NCBI GenBank assembly: GCA_965223545.1
Contig: OZ245006.1
Coordinates: forward strand, 1,696,001 to 1,760,000
DNA length: 64,000 nucleotides
DNA from: Planctomycetota bacterium
GTDB lineage: Bacteria; Planctomycetota; UBA1135; UBA2386
Reading direction: 5' to 3'
The translations under genes and the position numbers were made by a program. This document shows, in pieces, positions 53,359-61,535 of this stretch. The number at the start of each line of letters is the position of its first letter. Within the stretch, counting starts at the first letter, position 1. Under the pieces are notes generated by a model. That model was not told where the DNA came from and made no database searches. It saw nothing but the letters and a program-made list of their open reading frames with translations.

Positions 53359-54858
53359 ATGCCCCACCTCCTGCTCGCCGCCATCCCATCCGCCCTCGCC
53401 CTCGCCTGGCACTCCTACCGCGCGCTGCGCGATGGCGCCGAGCCCTGGCGCGTGGGCCTCGCGGCCTGCGCAGGGCTGGGCCTCGCCTTTGGCATCGCCG
53501 CCGCGCGCGGCCGCCCCGGACCGGCTTGGCTGCAGGCCCTGGCATCGCTCGCGGTCGTGCTCGCGTCTTGGGCTGTCGCCCTCGAGTTCTTGGTGCGCCG
53601 CTCGCCCCCCCTGGCGCTCGGCCTGTTCGCCCTGCTGACCGGCGGCGTCCTGCACGGGACGATCCTCGTCGCGCTCGACCGCACCCGCGCCCGCGGCGCC
53701 GGCCGCCGCTGGCTTCTGCGCGCCGGCCTGTTCGCCACCGTGTTGCTCGGCTCGCTGACCGCGGTCGAAGCCCTGCTGCGCGCGCTGTTCCCGGTCGCGG
53801 TCTACGACATCGTCGCCGACGATCCGGGCGGCCCGCGCTCCCACCAGCGCAACGCCGCCGGGCAGTGGCGCGGCACGCCGGGGTTCCGCGGCGCGTACCA
53901 CCACCCGGAGTTTCCCGGCAGTCGCATCGAGCTCAACGACTGGGGCCTGCGCGACAGCGCCGACGAGGCCCGGCCGCCGGACCCCGATGCGCGTTCGGTG
54001 CTCGTCGTCGGTGACTCGTTCACTTTCGGCACCGGCGTCGCCCTCGAGGAGACCTACCAGGAGCTGCTCGAGCAGCGTGCTGCCGAGCTCGACGTGGCCG
54101 CACTGCGCGTCTACGGCGGTGGCATCCCCGGCTTCGGCACGCGGCAAGAGCGGCTGCTGGTCGAAGAGCTGGCGCCGCGCACGCGGCCAGACGTCGTCAT
54201 CGTCGGCGTGTTCGAGGGCAACGACTTCCAAGACAACTGGTCGGCAGTGCAGAAGTCGTCCGAACGCGCACCCGCGGTCGCGCGCCAGCGATCGCGCGCG
54301 GCGACCTCGCCGCTCGGAGCGTTCTGCAGCTCCCTCGGCCGCTACCGCTATTGGGCCGCGTCGTGCGCGACGGTGCAGCGCAACCGGCCCTGGCTCGACC
54401 CGTTGTTGGTTGGTCTCGGCGTCATCGACCCCGTCGTCAACACCACCCTGTTCCTCAACGGCGCGCTGCGCCGCGACCCGCCCGAGCTGGTGCTGAAGAT
54501 GCGCGACGCGCTGATCGAGGAGCTCGACCAGCTGCGCAGGTCGTGCACCGAGCTCGGCGCGCAGCTGCTGGTGCTGCTGATTCCCGATGCGCTGCAGACC
54601 GAGCCCGCGCGCTACGCCGACTTCGCCGCTGCCCACGAGGACCCCTCGGCCTGCGACCGCACCGCGTTCCACAACGGCTTTGTCGCCGCGCTCCAGCAGC
54701 GCGGCTTCACCGTGGTCGACACGCTGCCCACGTTCGAGGCCGAGGCCGTCGCCGGCCGCAGCTGCTTCCACCGCGAAGGCCACTGGAACGCGCACGGCCA
54801 CGCGCAGGCCGCGGCACTCCTGGTCGAACCGTTGCGCCGCGCCCTGGCGGCGCGATGA
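53359..54858 (+). CDS. Membrane-anchored SGNH/GDSL hydrolase (AlgX/AlgJ-like)
   Basis: Several TMs; VGDSFTFG, GND and EGHWN..GH motifs. Confidence 0.85.
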   Translation: MPHLLLAAIPSALALAWHSYRALRDGAEPWRVGLAACAGLGLAFGIAAARGRPGPAWLQALASLAVVLASWAVALEFLVRRSPPLALGLFALLTGGVLHGTILVALDRTRARGAGRRWLLRAGLFATVLLGSLTAVEALLRALFPVAVYDIVADDPGGPRSHQRNAAGQWRGTPGFRGAYHHPEFPGSRIELNDWGLRDSADEARPPDPDARSVLVVGDSFTFGTGVALEETYQELLEQRAAELDVAALRVYGGGIPGFGTRQERLLVEELAPRTRPDVVIVGVFEGNDFQDNWSAVQKSSERAPAVARQRSRAATSPLGAFCSSLGRYRYWAASCATVQRNRPWLDPLLVGLGVIDPVVNTTLFLNGALRRDPPELVLKMRDALIEELDQLRRSCTELGAQLLVLLIPDALQTEPARYADFAAAHEDPSACDRTAFHNGFVAALQQRGFTVVDTLPTFEAEAVAGRSCFHREGHWNAHGHAQAAALLVEPLRRALAAR

Positions 54859-54865
54859 TGGCGGC

Positions 54866-55264
54866 GTGCACCGCGTCCTGGTGACCACCGTCCTGCTGAC
54901 CCTACCAGCGTGCCTTCCCTCGACCGCGGGCTATCTCAGCGTCCCGCTGCGCAGCGAAGACGGCGCCGACCACGCCGGCGTGCGCGTCCGCGTACCATTC
55001 GCCGAGATCGCAGCGCGCCTCGACAATTTCACCCCGGCTTCGGTCGCGTTCTACCAGACCGGCCGCGCACCACTCCCCCATCGACTCATCGATACCGATG
55101 GCGACGGCGTCGCCGACGCCGCGGAGGTGGAGGTCACGGCACGCGGGGACGGCGGCAGCGTGCTGACGATCGTGTGTCCCGGTCCGCGCGCGGACGACCC
55201 GTTGCCGGCCGGCGCCGATCCCACCCCCGCGGTGTCCGCCGATTTCGAGCAAGCGCGGCGCTAG
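54866..55264 (+). CDS. Small putative lipoprotein
   Basis: VLVTTVLLTLPAC lipobox-like; DTDGDGVAD. Confidence 0.6.
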   Translation: MHRVLVTTVLLTLPACLPSTAGYLSVPLRSEDGADHAGVRVRVPFAEIAARLDNFTPASVAFYQTGRAPLPHRLIDTDGDGVADAAEVEVTARGDGGSVLTIVCPGPRADDPLPAGADPTPAVSADFEQARR

Positions 55265-55270
55265 TCACCA

Positions 55271-55870
55271 CTACGGCTCGCCGAGCAGCATCGGTGCGCG
55301 CACGGCCGCGGCGACATCGGTGCCGCGCAGCCGCGCCACGAGTGCGAGGGCAAACTCGAAGGCGGTCCCCGGACCGCGGCTGGTGATCAGGGGGCCGTCC
55401 TCGACCACGCGCGCCGCGTCGTCATAGGCGCCGTGGCCTGCGACTTCCGCGCGGACGGACGGGTGCGACGTCAACGCGCGGCCGGCACCGACGCCGTGCA
55501 CCACGAGCGCGCGCGCCGCCGCGCAAATCGCCGCGATGTCGCGCCCCGCGCCCTCGTGCGCGGCAAGGACCGCCCCCACCGCCCCGGAGGCGCACAGCCG
55601 GTCGGTGCCGCCGACACCGCCGGGCAGCACCACCACGTCGAACGCGCCATCCGCCGCACCGTCCACCGCGCTCAACGCGGCGTCCGGCAGCAACCGGACG
55701 CCGCGGCTGCAAGTGACGGCGCCGGCCCCGTCGACCCCGGCGAGCACGACGTCGACCTCCGCCCGCCGCAGCACGTCGACCGCGATGGTGACCTCCATCT
55801 CTTCGGCACCATCGGCGAGGAGGACCAGGGCGCGCGGCGCCGCCGCGCGTGCTACCGAATCTGAGCTCAT
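55271..55870 (-). CDS. DJ-1/PfpI family glyoxalase/deglycase (YajL/ThiJ-like)
   Basis: GAEEME, VVLPGG, AAICAA and TSRGPGTA motifs. Confidence 0.92.
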   Translation of the reverse strand: MSSDSVARAAAPRALVLLADGAEEMEVTIAVDVLRRAEVDVVLAGVDGAGAVTCSRGVRLLPDAALSAVDGAADGAFDVVVLPGGVGGTDRLCASGAVGAVLAAHEGAGRDIAAICAAARALVVHGVGAGRALTSHPSVRAEVAGHGAYDDAARVVEDGPLITSRGPGTAFEFALALVARLRGTDVAAAVRAPMLLGEP

Positions 55871-55952
55871 GAGCGGACGCGCGATCCAGGTTCGCGCTTG
55901 AGTTGGGTCGCGTCAGTCGCCGAGCGACTATACTGCGCACCGACTACAGGTC

Positions 55953-56156
55953 ATGCTCGCCCGCCTTCTCTCCTACCTCGCCTTCGCCGTGCTGATGACC
56001 CTCAGCATCGCGGGCTCCGCCATCATCGTAGTGTTCTTGTACATCCCGATGGTCGTCCTGAAGGCGGTCGTTCAGGCGGCGACCGGCAAGGCGAAGTCGA
56101 CCTCCGACGCCAGCGCCGGCAGCCGATCCTCGGGGCCGGCCAACGCGGCCAGCTGA
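55953..56156 (+). CDS. Small membrane protein
   Basis: 67-aa ORF with a long hydrophobic stretch. Confidence 0.5.
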   Translation: MLARLLSYLAFAVLMTLSIAGSAIIVVFLYIPMVVLKAVVQAATGKAKSTSDASAGSRSSGPANAAS

Positions 56157-56210
56157 CGCGCCCCACGCCTCGATTTGCATCGGGGCGCACGGCCGAATAG
56201 GACTGGCTCC

Positions 56211-56930
56211 GTGTCCCTGTCGGCTCCCACGATCATCGGACTCGTCGTACTCGTTGTGGCGGTCATCGGCGTCGCCGCGTACCTGTCGCACCTCGCCGAG
56301 AAGAAGCGCCGCGAGGGACTCGCCGCGGTCGCCCGCGGCCTCGGCCTGCGGTTCTCGGCCGATCGCCGTCGCAACCACGCCCGACGATTTGACCACTTCG
56401 AGATCTTCACGCGCGGTAAGGACCGCTACGCCCACAACACCCTCGAGGGTGAGCTCGAGCTGGGACCGTGGTCGTGCGCGGTGCGCGCGGGTGATTACCA
56501 CTACATCACCGAGAGCACCGACAGTGACGGACGCACGTCGACCACGACGCACCGCTTCAGCTACTTCTTGGTGCATCTTCCGTTCGACGACACACCGACG
56601 CTGACGATTCGCCGCGAGGGGGTCTTCGACAAGCTGGCCGCCTCGTTCGGCTTCGACGACATCGACTTCGAGTCGGCGGAATTCAGCCGCAAGTTCCACG
56701 TCAAGAGCTCGGACAAGCGCTTCGCCTACGACGTCATCCACCCGCGGATGATGGAGTTGTTGCTCAAGGCCAACCCACCGCGGTTGGAGATCGCGCACGC
56801 GCAGTGCTGCACCGGCGACGGCAAGAAGCGCTGGGAACCAGCCCACTTCCAGTACCAGGCGCGCCTGCTCAACCGCATCTGCGAGCTGTGGCCAGAGCAC
56901 GTCGCGCGCGACCTCGAGGACCGCGGATGA
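56211..56930 (+). CDS. LemA-associated single-TM protein (DUF3137-like)
   Basis: N-terminal TM; DIDFESAEFSRKFHV motif; ATGA overlap with lemA. Confidence 0.7.
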   Translation: MSLSAPTIIGLVVLVVAVIGVAAYLSHLAEKKRREGLAAVARGLGLRFSADRRRNHARRFDHFEIFTRGKDRYAHNTLEGELELGPWSCAVRAGDYHYITESTDSDGRTSTTTHRFSYFLVHLPFDDTPTLTIRREGVFDKLAASFGFDDIDFESAEFSRKFHVKSSDKRFAYDVIHPRMMELLLKANPPRLEIAHAQCCTGDGKKRWEPAHFQYQARLLNRICELWPEHVARDLEDRG

Positions 56931-57493
56931 CCGAACCGATCGTCTTCGTCCCACTCGGCATCGGCGCGATTCTGCTGGTGTGGGTCATCGTCAACTACAA
57001 CCGGTTTGCCAGATTGCGGCAGTACGTCAAGGAGAGCTGGTCCGACATCGACGTCGAGCTCAAGCGCCGCTACGAGCTGATCCCGAACCTGGTCGAGACG
57101 GTGAAGGGTTATGCGAAGCATGAGCGCGAGACGCTCGAGCGCGTCGTCGCGTTGCGCAACACGGCAGTGGCCAGCCGCGGCTCCGCCGCGGCCCAAGCCA
57201 CCGACGAGAGCGCCCTCATGCTCGGCGTCAAGCAGCTGTTCGCCGTCGCCGAAGGCTACCCGGAGCTGAAGAGCGACACCCAGTTCTTGGCGCTGCAGAA
57301 GGAGCTCGGCATCACCGAGGACCGCATCGCCGCCGCCCGCCGCTTCTTCAACGCCAACGTGCGCGAGCTCAAGACGCTGCGCGAGATGTTCCCCACCTCG
57401 ATCCTCGCCGCGATGTTCGGCATCCAAGACCCGAGCTACTTCGAGCTCGAGTCGGCCGCCGAGCGCGTCGTGCCGCGGGTTGCGCTGGAGTGA
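56927..57493 (+). CDS. lemA: LemA family protein
   Basis: WSDIDVELKRRYELIPNLV, AEGYPELKS and EDRIAAARRFFN motifs. Confidence 0.95.
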   Translation: MTEPIVFVPLGIGAILLVWVIVNYNRFARLRQYVKESWSDIDVELKRRYELIPNLVETVKGYAKHERETLERVVALRNTAVASRGSAAAQATDESALMLGVKQLFAVAEGYPELKSDTQFLALQKELGITEDRIAAARRFFNANVRELKTLREMFPTSILAAMFGIQDPSYFELESAAERVVPRVALE

Positions 57494-57579
57494 TGCGGGG
57501 AGGGGGACTCGAACCCCCACTCAGGTTGCCCTGAAGCGGATTTTAAGTCCGCTGCGTCTGCCGATTTCGCCATCCCCGC
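57494..57579 (-). tRNA. tRNA-Leu (TAA)
   Basis: Cloverleaf with long variable arm; anticodon arm GCGGA-CTTAAAA-TCCGC; CCA not encoded; TATCAT -10-like box at 57616-57611. Confidence 0.95.
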
Positions 57580-58412
57580 GGGCATGACGCACGACTGCGT
57601 GGTCGCGCGGATGATAGTCGGGTGCGGCGCGTGGAGCGACGGCGAACGGCACCGGTCGGCAGACCGCGCAGCTCCACCCGCGCACCGACGACCGGGGCTC
57701 CGTGACCGTCGACCACCCGCCCGCGCAGCCGGTATCCAACGGAAAGCGCGATGTCCCCGAGGTTGGTAGCGGTCCCGGCTTCCACGACCAGTTCCCCGAA
57801 GCCCGACCTCACTCCGCGCGGACACCGCCCAGCCGACGCGACGAACAACGACCACGCCACCAACGAATCCCGTATTGGGCGGAGTCGCACCGCGAAGCGA
57901 CCATCGGCTCCGGTGACCGTGTCGGGCTTGCGATACCAAGCGCTCGGACGGTCCCGAAGGGCGGCGACACGCCCCCGCGGCGCGAACAACAGGTCGTCCG
58001 CGCGGTTGCCGCCACCCAGCGTGGACAGGAAGACCGAACCGTGCGCACTGCCGGGAAAGCGCAACGAGTGGGTCACGACAACGGCGAAGACCTCGACTCC
58101 GGCCAACGGCCGTCCGGTCTCCGCAGCGACAACACGCCCGGCAACGGTCGCCTTCCCGTCAGTGAGTGCACGATCTTCGATGCGCAAGCCGCTGGCAGCC
58201 ACGACCTCGCGCGGGGGCGTGAGCCCACCGGCCTCCTTCCCCTCCACGGGGACTGAGACCTTGGCCGCAACGGGCCGCATGCCTCCGGCAACCCATCTTC
58301 GATCCCCCGCGGGACCCACGGGGCTCCCCTCGCGCGGCCAGGCGATGTACGCCGCCACAACAAGAAACGACACCAGGGTCGACAGGGCCAACTGAGTGCC
58401 GTGTCGCGGCAT
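57543..58412 (-). pseudogene. Probably truncated carboxypeptidase-regulatory-like membrane protein
   Basis: TM plus GRVVAAETGRPLAGVEV repeat; a second repeat breaks off and the frame runs into tRNA-Leu, stopping at its TAA anticodon. Confidence 0.5.
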
Positions 58413-58595
58413 AGGAAGACGATTGTCGAGGGCGGCGCGGGGGTTCCTCGACGATACCGGCAGCCGGCCTCGCGCCGCGCGTCGCAAAAAAAGCGCCCGG
58501 CGAGCAGATTTCGTGTCGGACCGGCAGCGCCGTGTCACTTCGCACGCATCCCCAGGCCCAACCAGCGGCCGCGTCCCTTCGCAGCGCAGCTTCCC

Positions 58596-60905
58596 ATGCA
58601 GCAATCCCCGCTTGGCAGACTCCGGTCGATCTGCTCCCTCGGCATCGCGATCCCCCTCGTGTCGCCTTTTGTCGCCGGCCAGCTCTCCATCGAGATCAGT
58701 CCCGACATCGGCCGCATCCCGATCCACACGTCGAACCCCGACCCGCTGTTCGGCCCCTACGGGACGTGGGCCGCCGGCAACGGTTACAAGGTGAGCTTCG
58801 ACGGGGGCATGCGGTTCATCCCGATGCTGGGGCCGGACTACCCCGAGCTGCAGAGCTGGAGCTGGCACACGACCTCGGTGCGCGCCGGCGAAACCGAGCT
58901 GCTGCGTCCCGGCGAACGGCCACTCACGAGGCGCTCGGACTACCGATTCGAGTACCGCTACACCGCGGTCGTCGAGGCCTACGATGTGCTCGACGATGGT
59001 GTCGAGCAGACCTTTGTGCTCGACACCAGGCCACCGTGTGCCGGAGATCTGGTCATCACTGGGCAGATCGACACCGGTCTCGAAGCACCGGCGCATCCCG
59101 CCGACCACCAGCGCTTGGTGTTCGCCGACGGGCAAGGGCTGGGCATCGTCAGCTATGGACGCGCGACCACCATCGACGCGGCCGGTCGTCACCACGCGAT
59201 CGACACCGAGTACACCGATGGGCAGGTCCGCCTGGTTGTTCCGGCCAACGTGCTGGAGGACGCGCACTATCCGCTCGTCGTCGACCCGCTGATCCGCCGC
59301 GCCGACATCAGCATGCCAACGCTGGATGGGAAGGTCGCCGTCGGCTACGACCGGCCGAACCAACAGCTGCTCATCGCGTTCTCGCTCTGGTCCTTCGCCG
59401 GGGACTCGGATCTCCACGCACAGGTCTATCCAGAAGACTTCAGTGGCCCGCCGGCAAACGTGTTCAACGATATCGAGGTCGGCTGGTCGTCCCGTGAGCC
59501 GGCGATCGCCAGCTCGCTCAACCCACGCATGCAGACGATCGCGTACACCCGAGGTGTTCCGCAGGGCGTTGGAGGGCAGACCAACACGTCGACTCGGTAC
59601 CATGTGCGCAATGGCGGCACGATCTTCGGCTCCACCGTCTACACGATCCCGACCCCCGCCGGGTGGGACGATCGCCGGCCGGATGTCGGAGGGACCCTCC
59701 GCACGACAAACGGCACCGCCGCCATGATCGTGATGGAACGCACGACGTCCTCCGCTTCGAGTCCTACGGCACGCTCCGAAATCATCGCGGTTCCCATCGA
59801 CCTCTCCGGCCCCACCCCGATCCAGAAGCCCGCGGTCCGCATCCAACCGACGACTTCCAGCCCGAGCGCCAATCCGGTCCTGAGCAGGCCGTCGATCAAC
59901 AAGGTCGGCGGCAGTCCTCAGAGCAACGACTGGGTCGTCGCCTTCTGCGAGATCGACGCCACCAGCAGCCAGCCCGTGTGGCGGGTCGCCGCCCGCCAAA
60001 TCTCTGCCGATGGCAAGCAGAGCGCCGCGGCGTGGACCTCGTCCGCAGGCGGCGTGGTTCACGCCATGGCCCCGAAGATCGCGGGTGATCGTCGCTCGAC
60101 CCACTACGGGATCGCCTTCGTCCAATCACCGGTGTTGTCGGGGTTCACTCCGTACCCCAACACCGGGCACGACGTCCTGTTCGAGCGGATCGACTGGCCT
60201 TCGGGCGGCAGCGCCAAGCGGATGTCCACCGCCACGCTCCACCTCGGCAGCTTCCCATCGACTCGGGTCGGTGATTGCAGTTTCGACAGCTTCAGCCGCT
60301 CTCACTGGGCGATCTCGCTACAGGATCCGGAGGTGTTCCTGCGCGTTGGGTATCGAGGCGGTGTTCTGGAGCGCTTTCCGATCACGGTTCCCGGCGGCGA
60401 CCCGCACACCGGCGGAATCGACGCCCTCGACGACGGCGGCTACGTTGCCCTCTACAACGGCCGCACCTCGATCACGGCGATCACGCACGGCGTCAACGCG
60501 CCTCCACGCGCATCGGCGACGGGCCCGAGCTGTAGCCCGGCTTCCATCGAGTGGACGACCCAATGGCGACAGCAGCTCCTCCCCCAACACGCCCAGCAGA
60601 TCGGGCACGGCTACACCGAGGTGCGGGTCGCTGGAGCTCCCATCGGCGCCCTGCACTACCTCTTGGTCAGCCTGACGAGCGTCCAGGTCCCCCTGGTCGG
60701 GCCCGGCGTTGCACCGGGTTGCTGGCAACTCGTGCCGTTCCAGTTCCTCTGGAGCGGCCCTCGGTCCGGACCGGAAGCGGTATGGCCGTTCCCCCTCCCC
60801 GAGTTCCTGCCTCCGATCACGCTCCAATTCCAAGACGTGCATCTCGACATCACCACGGGCCTCGCGCAGACGACCAGTCGCTTGACCGTCGACGTCACGA
60901 GGTAG
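58596..60905 (+). CDS. Large secreted protein with divergent shared C-terminal domain
   Basis: Signal peptide; VEAYDV..DGVEQTF...YPLVVDP domain; ATGPSC linker then FPLPE...FQDVHLD. Confidence 0.75.
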   Translation: MQQSPLGRLRSICSLGIAIPLVSPFVAGQLSIEISPDIGRIPIHTSNPDPLFGPYGTWAAGNGYKVSFDGGMRFIPMLGPDYPELQSWSWHTTSVRAGETELLRPGERPLTRRSDYRFEYRYTAVVEAYDVLDDGVEQTFVLDTRPPCAGDLVITGQIDTGLEAPAHPADHQRLVFADGQGLGIVSYGRATTIDAAGRHHAIDTEYTDGQVRLVVPANVLEDAHYPLVVDPLIRRADISMPTLDGKVAVGYDRPNQQLLIAFSLWSFAGDSDLHAQVYPEDFSGPPANVFNDIEVGWSSREPAIASSLNPRMQTIAYTRGVPQGVGGQTNTSTRYHVRNGGTIFGSTVYTIPTPAGWDDRRPDVGGTLRTTNGTAAMIVMERTTSSASSPTARSEIIAVPIDLSGPTPIQKPAVRIQPTTSSPSANPVLSRPSINKVGGSPQSNDWVVAFCEIDATSSQPVWRVAARQISADGKQSAAAWTSSAGGVVHAMAPKIAGDRRSTHYGIAFVQSPVLSGFTPYPNTGHDVLFERIDWPSGGSAKRMSTATLHLGSFPSTRVGDCSFDSFSRSHWAISLQDPEVFLRVGYRGGVLERFPITVPGGDPHTGGIDALDDGGYVALYNGRTSITAITHGVNAPPRASATGPSCSPASIEWTTQWRQQLLPQHAQQIGHGYTEVRVAGAPIGALHYLLVSLTSVQVPLVGPGVAPGCWQLVPFQFLWSGPRSGPEAVWPFPLPEFLPPITLQFQDVHLDITTGLAQTTSRLTVDVTR

Positions 60906-60908
60906 GCC

Positions 60909-61514
60909 GTGGCCGGTGACGACCTGAGTGCGTCGGGCGAGCTCAGCGACGAGTTGATGCGCTCGGCGACTTCCGGGTGTCAGGCAGACGTCGACGCGCT
61001 GATCGCCCTATCCGCTCCGCGGGTCCTGGCGTATGTCCGGCTGCACATGGGGCCAGGACTGCGGGCCCGAGAAACCTCGCAGGACATCGTCCAGTCCGCG
61101 TGTCGCGAGGCGCTCGAAGATGCCCGAGAAGGATTCGAGTACCGCGGGCGCGCGGCGTTCCTGAGCTGGTTGTTCTCGACCGCGCTCAACAAGGTCCGCG
61201 AGCGACACCGGTATCACCATCGCGAGCGGCGCACGCCGGCGCGAGAGCTGCGGGAGGAGGGGGTCGCCGAGCTCCACACCCTCTTGACGCCGAGCCGTTG
61301 CGCGATGGCGCGCGAGAACGCCGCGATGATCGAGGACGCGTTCCACAGCCTGACCGACGACGACCGCGACGTGATCCTCTTCTCGCGCGTCATCGGCATG
61401 TCGTGCGCTGAGATCGCGGAGCAGATGGACTGCTCACCGGCAGCGGCGCAGGCGCGGTTGGGCCGAGCGATGGCGCGCCTGTCGCGCGCCTACGAACGCC
61501 GCTCCAAGAACTGA
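60909..61514 (+). CDS. ECF sigma-70 factor (planctomycete type)
   Basis: LRARETSQDIVQS...FLSWL region 2; LTDDDRDVI...EIAEQM region 4. Confidence 0.88.
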   Translation: MAGDDLSASGELSDELMRSATSGCQADVDALIALSAPRVLAYVRLHMGPGLRARETSQDIVQSACREALEDAREGFEYRGRAAFLSWLFSTALNKVRERHRYHHRERRTPARELREEGVAELHTLLTPSRCAMARENAAMIEDAFHSLTDDDRDVILFSRVIGMSCAEIAEQMDCSPAAAQARLGRAMARLSRAYERRSKN

Positions 61515-61535
61515 AGCGGCAGGCTTCGCGAAACG

